From contig NC_087437.1 of assembly GCF_036321535.1 (NCBI RefSeq), positions 68,326,001 to 68,390,000 of the forward strand: a stretch of DNA of 64,000 bases, in the 5' to 3' direction. Source of the stretch: Camelus dromedarius. Its lineage: Eukaryota. The notes under the pieces were generated by a model. The model was not told the origin of the DNA. It did no database searches and saw nothing but the letters and a program-made list of their open reading frames with translations. The position numbers and the translations under genes are program-made. Shown here in pieces: positions 24,015-33,040 of this stretch (its first letter is position 1; every line of letters starts with the position of its first letter).

Positions 24015-25342
24015 ATTGCTCAGATCTCTCTGGCATTGTGACTTAAGAAGTATCAGTTATCTAGTTCTCTTGGAGACGCTGTGCTCTTAATAATTTTATC
24101 AAGAAGTTTTTGTGTCTTCGCCCTGTTTCGTGAGCTCAGCTTGCTGTTTCCAGAGGCCGTTTGTTGGCGCTCTTATCTGTGCTGCTCCCAGTGGCTGTCG
24201 GCTAGCAGATCGCGCCTCCTCCCAACCCTGGGTCAGGTGCTGAGCTCTTACCGGTGGGCGGGCAGGTCACTCCCCCTCCCGATGCTGCAGTCAGATGCTG
24301 CACTTGGGGGAGGCAGGTGGGCGGATCGTGCCCCCTCCCAGCACCGTGGTCAGGTGCTGCGTTCCTGCCAGGAAAGTGGGTTGCCACCCACCCTTTTCTG
24401 GTGCCGATCACTCTGCTGCTCTGTGCAGCTGCCCGAAGGCGGGCTCGGGGAAGACCACGGAACAGCCCCACCTCTGCTCTGTGCCAAATCTCAGCTCCTT
24501 ATTTGTCTTGGCGGCGTGAGTTCTCTGAGGTGCCAGGGCAGAAAGAGCCTACCTGCCTCCAGCTGTAAACAAGTCTCAGTCCTGCCTAGGAGGTTTCGGA
24601 GCCCCCGGGTGTGGATTCAGGTCTCGGCCCCACCCCTGCCCGGACGGGCGCTGCGCACAGGAGGAGATGGCGGCTGTGGCTGTGCCCCGCCTCTCTTCTC
24701 CCGAGAAGCGCCAGTAATGGTGGCACAGGTCTGAGGAGACAAAGGCTATGGCGTCCCTCCCGCCAGGGCACACCAGCTGTGTTGCTTTGCTTTTTTCGCA
24801 TTTTATGGGAGACCGAGGTTGTTCTGCTCCATATCCCCTCCCAGCCACGGCACGCAGCCCCCTTCAGTCCCCCAGGGCTGCCTCAGTGCAGCCGCCCCAG
24901 TCCTCCACCTGGCTTGGGCAGCCTGTCCTGACCCCAGCTGCCGGCTCGCGTCTCGGGCTGGGTGTCGTGGGGACCCTTTGTGCCCGTTTAACTCAGTTCT
25001 GTTGGTCAAGGGGTTCTCGGGGCAGATCTGAGCCTCAGAGGCTCCCTCTCTGTCCCGCTGGCCTCTCGGTTGGAGAGGGGAGACCCAGCGAACGAGCGCC
25101 AGTCCTCCTTTCCTGCTCCTTCCCCGCGGGATCGGTCCTGCACTGTTTTGCTTTTTCTTCTTTTTTCCTTTTTTTCCTACCAGATTTTTGGCATCTTTGT
25201 CTTTCGAAGAGGGCGATGTTCCGTCGGAGTTCGGCAGGTGCTCTGGTTGGCTGAGTAGGTCCGTAGATGTCAGTTTTGGTGTATTTGTGGGAGAAGGTGA
25301 GCTACAAGTGTCCTTCTACTCTGCCGTCTTGCTTCTCTCCTC
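24015..25342 (-). promoter_or_regulatory. L1 5' UTR internal promoter, CpG-island-like
   Basis: Markedly GC- and CpG-rich relative to the flanks, and lies between the TSD and the ORF1 start. L1 5' UTRs are established internal Pol II promoters. Confidence 0.75.
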
Positions 25343-25412
25343 TTTAAGGTCTCTTTATTCTCTTTTAATCTAGAGCAGTTCCTCTACATTTTTGGATCTT
25401 TCATGTCATTGA

Positions 25413-25619
25413 CTTTTTTTTTTTAATTGAAGTATAGTTGGTTTACAGTGTTGTGCTAAATTCTGGTGTACAGCATAGTGGTTCAGTTTTACATATATAT
25501 GTATATTCGTTTTCATGTTTTTTTCATTATAAGCTATTACAAGGTATTGGATATAGTTCCCTGTGCTGTACAGTAGGACCTTGATGTATATCTGTTTTGT
25601 ATATAGTAGTTAGTATCCC
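25413..25619 (-). mobile_element. 5'-truncated L1 3' end
   Basis: Poly-T then aattgaagtatagttggtttacagtgttgtgctaaattctggtgtacagcatagtg...gtgctgtacagtaggaccttg...tatagtagttagtatc. Confidence 0.9.
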
Positions 25620-27221
25620 TGTAGACATTTTTAACCTGAATTTGAAACTTTGTACTTGGCATTCGGGACATGTTTTTGAGTTTTCATTTTTGCTACTCCA
25701 TGACTTTCCCTAAAAACTTCATTAAGGGAAATAGAGCAATTAGTAGCTTCCATATTTTACAGATGTGGAAACTGAGAGATTGATAAGGAAGTAGCCTTTC
25801 CCACAGAGAGAGTTAAATAAATGATGACAAGTGAATGGCCAGTCATTTTACCTTTTTTTTTCCTTAGAGGGAGAAAAAAGTTCATCTTTTCTGAGTGAGT
25901 GCAATTTCACACTCACTCAAACCAGCTGCCGTGGGACTCAGAAAGGGCCACCTGTTCTGGAGGTGACATGGGTCAGGAGATAATTCTCAGCTGTTCAAGC
26001 AAATAAGCATCAACACTGCAGGTCACTTCTTTGACCTGCTTTTTGTATCCACAGCACCTCGCCGTGCAGCCAAGCCATTTACTCCATTTTAATTGAGCAA
26101 ACCTGGGCTTTTTCTGCCTGTGCCTCTTTTGACTTGTTTCTGCTACAGTTATCAGTGAACACTGACAAAAATGAATGCCTACTGCATAAGCCGAGATCCA
26201 TTACTAACAAGGGGGCCTATGCTAGAACTCGCAGGTGCTACGGAAAGCCAACATGTGGGAACAAGACAGGCCAGGAGTGCACAAAGGTAGCAGGGACGGC
26301 TGCCTTCACAGAACCTGACAGAACCCACTGCTTGGTGGAGTTCAAGGCTATTATATCTCTTACAAAGAAACCTCTTTGGTCAGTCAGGGGGCGCAGCAGG
26401 TCAGTCCTTCAGCATTCTAAGAACAGCAGAATGTGTGACGTGGAAACCCCAGCTGTCTGGGTCTAGTCCTCTGTGCACAGTAGGAAGTCCGGCCCATCTC
26501 TGAGCACAGTCAGAAGCATCCTTCCTCTGCCGGGAGCTGGCAGTCTCCCCGCAGTGCAGAACCACCAAGTCACAGCATCGTAGGCCCACTCAGTTATTCC
26601 GATTGCTTTGAGTTAGCTCTCTCTTCCTTGCTCCTCTCCGGGAAAGCTTTCTCCACCCCCACACACTTCAGAACTTCTGTTCACTTTCAAGTTCCTTTTT
26701 TCTGTTGTTTTGTTCAGATCATTTCTCTTCAGGTCTTTCAAAGCGTCTTTGAGGATTCTGCCGAGGCACAAAGCACTCCTTTTGGATTGTGTTCCTGGTT
26801 AATTCAAGGAGGTGGCTGGGGGAAGGTCTGTGCGTGCCTGTGTGCACATGGTTCCCTGCGTAGTCCAGAGCAGGCTTGCTGGCCTGTGAGTGTGCAGGGC
26901 CACATAATGACACAACTGATTGATCCAGGGCAGGTATACTGTGGGCTCTGAGTGGAGAAGGGTTTTCATTCTTACACTGTGTTAGTGTGTCTCTGTAACT
27001 TTGTAAAGATGGTACCACCAATCTTCTCTGTAATGTCAAGATAGTATGATGCTTGCCTAGCTTCATTTTTTCACAGGTAAAATTAATGTTAAGTATGGCT
27101 TATTATTTTGGTTATTTTATTGCCTGATTTTTAGATACTCCATGTGCAGATACATAGTGCTTATAAACATGCTTCTTTGGAGCCTCAATACACCCAATTA
27201 TGCGTAGAATTCTGCTACATA

Positions 27222-27670
27222 GGAAGGCAGAAAGAGTGCAGTGTTCACATTACTGTGTATAAAATATATAAACAACAATGACCTGTTGTACAGCACAGGA
27301 AACTATATTCAGTTTCTTGTAATAACCTTTAATGGAAAAGAACCTGAAAAAAATATGTATATACTTATGGGTATATATAACTGAGTCACTTTGCTGTACA
27401 CCTGAAACAAACATTGTATATTAACTACACTTCAATAAAAAGAAAAATTAAAACTTAAAAAAAAAAAATACAGTGTTCAGAACCCAATAGAATGGAGTCC
27501 ATTCTACCACTTACTAGCTGGGCGTTTCACATCCTCCTATGAAATGGATGATACAATACTTTCTACTGTGGAGGGATGTTAGGAGATTTAATGAGTAGAT
27601 GTAGGAAGAACCTTAAAAACAGTTTCTGGTGTCTTAGTAGAGCCTCATAAATGTAAGGAATGATGTTATT
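27222..27670 (+). mobile_element. MIR SINE interrupted by an L1 tail
   Basis: ggaaggcag...cagtgttca resumes after the L1 as gaacc...ctaccacttactagctgg...tcctatgaaatggatgatacaatac...gttaggagatttaatgag. Confidence 0.6.
27248..27470 (+). mobile_element. 5'-truncated L1 3' end
   Basis: gtataaaatatataaacaacaatgacctgttgtacagcacaggaaactatattc...actgagtcactttgctgtacacctgaaac...ttcaataaaa and poly-A. TSD core cagtgttca at 27239-27247 and 27471-27479. Confidence 0.9.
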
Positions 27671-27699
27671 GTTCCTCAGACAATGTAGATCTGGCCCAG

Positions 27700-28625
27700 G
27701 TTTTCTCCATTCTTGCAACACATCAAGATCTTTCCCATCTCGAGACACCACTCTTTTTACTTGATGTTTTCTCATTGCCTCCCTCCTCCAAATCTAACAC
27801 CCACCCCTTGTTCTGGCTTTATCTCATCCTTCAAGTCACATTCACAGGAAGGCCTTTGATGACCATTGACTCTAAATGACATCGTCTCTCCTTTTATGCT
27901 CTGTCTCAATATCTTGTTTGCTGTTTATAGTGCCTGTCAGAGTCTGAAATTATTGCTTACCTGTCTCTTTCAGTGTGTATGTTCTTTCCCAATGGATTAT
28001 GATATTCTTGTGGGTGGCAGTTATACCTGTCTTATTGACTGTTGAATTCCCTGTCCCAGTTTATTTATTCAACTTACATTAATTAAGGGTTTATTTTATG
28101 CCAAGCACTTTTCTAGACATTGTAGATCTAGCAATAAAAAAGGTAGACATTGACAAGTGTTATGGGGAATAATAAATAGTGAAAAAAGGAGAAGGGAGGA
28201 TGAGGGGAGGGACTGCAGTTTTAGATAGGAGGGCCAGAGAAAGTCTCACTATGGACAGATATAGAAAGAGTGCTAGAAGGATAGAGAAGAGCATGTGCAA
28301 AGGTCCTGAGGTGGATGTTCACCTGGTGTTTTGAAACATAGGGAGTGGAGCAAGTGGGAGGAGAGACTAAAAGGAAACAGATCAGAGCGATGACTAAGGA
28401 CCATGTATGGGCCCATTGTAAGGAATCTATACTTTTAGTCTCAATGGGCTTAAAAACTTTGGAGAAGAAGAGTGAATGACAGGTTTTAACAGTGTCATTC
28501 TGAATGCCGAGCTGAGAACAGATTGAAGCAGGGCTACAGCAGAAGCAGGGAGACCAATCGGGACTTTTCGAAAAATGCAGGGATAATAAAAACTCAATAA
28601 GTACTTGTGAATAAATGAATAAGTA
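27700..28625 (+). mobile_element. L2 3' end (27700-28059 plus tail 28590-28625) split by a second L2
   Basis: tcatccttcaagtcacattcacaggaaggcctttgatgacc...tgtcttattgactgttgaattccctg, later resuming as actcaataagtacttgtgaataaatgaat. Confidence 0.6.
28060..28585 (-). mobile_element. L2 LINE fragment
   Basis: ttatttattcaac...tatgccaagcacttttctagacattg...gcatgtgcaaaggtcctgaggtgg...gaagcagggagaccaatcgggact. Confidence 0.75.
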
Positions 28626-31093
28626 AATACACTTGTGCACGCTGTTGGAAGACTATGAGTCTCTGGGTAGTTAGTATGAGTATTAACACACCCAAGTTCT
28701 GGAATCAGGGCTTCTTCCCTATGTTTCTTTGTATCCGGGTAATAGTATCTGTCCTGTTGCCATCAGCCTCAGAACTGCAAGAGACGAAGTGTTGGTGGTG
28801 ATGAATAAAGCTGGAGAGATTTATGATACAAGACACTAAGCTAGTGTTGCTGTAAAGCAGTGCCTTGCTTTTGATCTGTGAAACAGGCATTTCTTTCTCT
28901 TCCATCACCTAGCAGCAAAATGAGTATCATTTTTAATACAGAGAGAAAAATAGGGAGACAAAAAGAAGTGGGAAAAAAAGAACAAGAAAGTCCTGCCAGC
29001 ATATAGAATGTCAAAGAGAGCTGTTGGTCAGGGCTCTGACTCAGATGAACTTATCATTTTACTTCCTTATCCTTGAAACAAAGAAGTCACTGATGGTTTT
29101 TACCATTTAGGAGAGCTTTTGTCTAGTGTTCCTGATTCATCATAATATGCTCAATATTTCACTAGCAGCATAATGACTTTAATCAATGACAGTGGCCACA
29201 AATTTAAGAATAACCAATAACTTTGAAACTTCTGGACCATAATCCCTTTGAAAATCAGTATTAGTGAATTGAGAAAAACCTGAAACTGTTCAGACAAGAA
29301 TATTTTTGATCATCTGACATGATGCAAAAAGTTCTTTAGAGTTTCTTAAAATCCAAGCAATAAACTAATACAAAATTACTCTCCAAGGAAACGGAGATAA
29401 TAATAAATGCTGGAGAAAAGATAAGTGAGTAAAATTTTTGAATGTAGGGTCACAGGTCTGTGGTTACATTAATAAAACATACCCCAGCCTTCCTTACCTC
29501 CAGCTCTTCTCCGAATAGAGGAGAAAAGCATGAGTGGGAAGTGTGTTGAGAGGGTGAAGGGGAAAGGAGGGTAAGTGAAGTACCTCCCTGTATTGATTGT
29601 CAAAGAGTTAGTTGAATCTAATGTTTGTTCTTGTTTTTCATAGCACAGAAATGTCATCTTTGGTTTAGAATGACTCTTTCTGGGTTGAAGATCATATTTT
29701 TAAAGTTAAAAAGGAGATCTGAAAAAAATCTCCCTGCCAACATTAGGGGGAAAAAGAAAAAAATCATGAAAGCAAAGTTGAGGCTTTAAGCCCCACATAT
29801 TGGAAAAGATTTTCTTCTTTCCAACATCCCCATATAGTTACAGATTGAGCACTGCGAAGGTAATGGTTCAATGGCATAGTGTCACAAGAATAGCCAATTC
29901 TACCCCAATAATCTGACCATTTTTATTAATCCAGCCCTCCACAAAAGACTTGGAATGTTTTCTAAAGCTTTCCTGTTCCCATTTATTTTCTGTCAGAGCC
30001 AGTACCCATTTTCTAGAAGCGGTGATAGTTTGTAAGAATGTTCTCTGTGGGAATGATTGAGCACCACTCAAAAGTTGATGATGTTTCTGCCAAGCCCCCA
30101 TATGTCTTAAGTTTCCCAAATGGACATATAAAACATAATATATTGTTGTTTCTTTCAAAAGCCTGAACTTGCAGAATATTTCTGGTAGTAAGCATCACGG
30201 GCCAGTACTCTGTCACATCCTGACTACTGTGGGATATTTAAAGATCTGAAATAGCAGATAAGTGAAAGGAAATAATGCTTAAAGGAGGAAGCATAGTAGA
30301 AGAGGAAGAGAGTAAAATAGACGTGTGAGATCTTTGAGGATGAGCAGCAAGTGAAAAAGAAGAGGAAAGCCATCAATTTTTTTCTCTTTTCTTTTTCATC
30401 ACTCAGTATTTCTGAAAGCATTAGTATACATACTGAGCACTGAGCTCCTTCTACCAAAAATCAAAGAGGAAAAATACAAATAAATTATAAAATAAAGATG
30501 AAGAAGGATGCTTAAGGAAAAAAAGGTAGGGGGAAAACAAAGTAGCACTTTAAGGAGGGTTAACATCAAAAGAAGCAGGTGATTTGGGGGGAGAGAGAAG
30601 TATATGGTGAGAGACTGGAAATCAAGGAAAGAGGAAGAGGACACTCTGAAAGAAGCAACAGATAGAAAAATAAAAGGACAGAGGCACTTATGACAGCTGG
30701 GAACAGCTTGAGAAAGGTCACAGATGCCCTCTGGGCTCCCAGCTACACAAGAGCTGCAGTGGACTGTCAGGGCAGATAAACAAGGGAGAGTGGGCCTGAA
30801 TACAGTTCACAACTGGCTTGTCATCTGGGAAGAGAGCTGAGATGAATTGCACAGCCTTTACAGATCGACAGGACTTAGAGGGGCATACACCTTGGCCTCA
30901 TTAGGAAACAGCAAATAGAGCAGGACAACACCCCCCACCCCGGGTCTTCAACCCTCCCTAAGAAGATCTGAGTCCTGCTGTGTGGACTCCATTCCAGCAT
31001 TCAGGTCTTTGTTTTTCTTCCCACTGTAGTTTGTGTGCTGGGTTCTGGTTGACCATGGTGACATGGAAATTATATTGTTTGAAAAGTGGACGC

Positions 31094-31212
31094 GGTGGGA
31101 GGGTAATAGCTCAATGGTAGAGCACTGGCTTAGCATACCTGAGATCCTGGGTTCAATCCCAGTACTGGCATTAAACAAACAAACCTAATTACCTCCCCCC
31201 AGCCAAAAAAAA
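31094..31212 (+). mobile_element. Camelid Vic-1-type tRNA-Ala-derived SINE
   Basis: gggagggtaatagctcaatggtagagcactggcttagcatacctgagatcctgggttcaatcccagtac...aaacctaattacctccccc and A tail; same family as the copy at 4479. Confidence 0.88.
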
Positions 31213-32811
31213 GTAGGGAGTTTCCCAGCTGAAACGCCGGCTGTCTCAGATTATGAAAACACGCAGACACACATAGACACACACAAACATGTCATCTTAC
31301 TGAGTGTGGACTTTCTGAAGAGGTAACTCCCTTCAGATAGATACCTAGTCTATGAAAATACGAATGCAGTGAGCAAGAGAACTTAACGGATTTTCTTCAT
31401 CTTCGTCAAAAACTAGCACATTTAAATGAATTCTTGGATAAGGGGAAAATGCACAGATGTGTGGAAATCAACAACAGAGGGTGACATTCAACACAGCTAA
31501 ATTGTTTTCATTTTACTTCAGATGCCAATGCCTTTCTGGTTCCCACACATCTTGGAAAAATCATAATTCTCATCTTGGGCATGAACTGTGAATTTCCCCG
31601 GATAGGAACCCTGGGTGTATAAGTGGGCATGCCTCACCATGCCTAGACTGTTTTTAAGAGGAAGATCATATAGCTTTGAACGTTTTGAACTTGGTCAAAT
31701 TTTTAGCCGTTTGCGTGGTGCCCAGACCAGCAATATTTAATGGGGTATCCACATCCTGTATAAAAGCCCATGAAATACTGCCCATTGTCCTGAAAACGGA
31801 TAATGGGCTGGAAATAGATGTTAATTGTTCCTCAAAGGTGACGTGTTTGAATTTTTCCAAATCAGAGTAATAGAATGGCCATCTGAGACATGATGACAGA
31901 ACTCTTTTCCATGTTGGTTCTTGGCTTCGCAGAGGGTGGTAGTAGGGAGGGAGTAGTGGAGTGGATCACATTATGAGGTCGGGGGGAAATTAGAATTTTG
32001 TATGTTATTCAGGTAATGATCTGTAGAATTCAAAATCCTTATGTTCCCAAAATGACAGCAAGAAGCAAGAAACTGTGTCCAACAAGGCTGCCCTCTTCAT
32101 CCCTGTGCCCCAGGGACACCATAAATGCATGCCTTTTCTGGTTTCAAAGTCACCGGTCCTCCCTGTGGAGCAGTGGGAGTGACAGGACAGCAAGCATTGT
32201 CACTGTGTGGAACTCCGCCCTCCCACGGGTGGTTTATCGCATTCAGCCTTATCTATGTGCTATCTCAGCTCATGGATAGCACAGTGTATTGGAGTCAGAA
32301 AATTAGATAGGTCTCCCTTTTTTCCTTCTAAGGATGCCAGTATGTCACCAGCACTTTTGTGTTTGGCAAAATGTGTAACTCTACACACGTGCACAGACAC
32401 GCACAGAACCAAGACAGGCACAAGTGTAGTAGAGAGGATATGGGTGAAATGTAAGAATGTCCTCTTATCATTGCTTATATAAGATAAAAGAGAGGACAGG
32501 GGAAAATGTGAGTCCCTTACTTGATTATGTGCAGACTAGGGAAAAACAGGTTTCACACGAGATCATCTATAAATCAGCATGGTATCAGGCATCATAAGGG
32601 GGTTGGAAAAGAACCCAGAATATGGTTCAAGCATATGATCCACAGGAGGGACAACATTGTAGATGCACGCTCCTTTTTGGCTACCTGATTAGCTTCCAGC
32701 TTTCATCTGAGTGTGTCATTCTTGGGATACGATAATGTATATATATGTGTGTTTGTGTGTATGAAGCACAACTAAATTGTCCCTTTTTTATTGCTCTTTA
32801 GATGGTTTTTG

Positions 32812-33040
32812 TGCAGGGACTAACTACTGTATATAAAATAGGTAAACAACAAGGTCCTGCTGTATAGCACAGGGAACTACATTCAATACCTTGTAATGGC
32901 CTATAATGCAAAAGAATATGGAAAAGACTGTGTATATATATGTATGTGTGTGTGTGTGTGTGTGTATATAGCTGAATCACTATGCTGTACACCAGAAATT
33001 GACATAAATTTTAAATCCATTGTACTTCAGTTCAGAAAAG
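32812..33040 (+). mobile_element. 5'-truncated L1 3' end with internal (TG)n
   Basis: actaactactgtatataaaataggtaaacaacaaggtcctgctgtatagcacagggaactac...gctgaatcactatgctgtacaccagaaatt. Confidence 0.9.

Larger units (their letters stand above)
22297..25342 (-). mobile_element. Internally deleted, 5'-complete LINE-1 (ORF1-only, HAL1-like), 3.05 kb
   Basis: On the minus strand: GC/CpG-rich 5' UTR 25342-24015, ORF1 24014-23124, spacer, ORF2 C-terminal remnant 22981-22613, 3' UTR, AATAAA (22329-22324) and A-rich tail. 14-bp TSD tttagggtctcttt (22283-22296) / tttaaggtctcttt (25343-25356). Confidence 0.93.

Noticed and set aside
24081..24734. 217-aa ORF as a host gene
   Set aside because: Non-ATG start, antisense within the GC-rich L1 5' UTR, and no recognisable domain.
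27061..27082. Recursive splice site-like cttcattttttcacag|gtaaaa
   Set aside because: The donor half is weak and there is no evidence that the window lies in a plus-strand intron.
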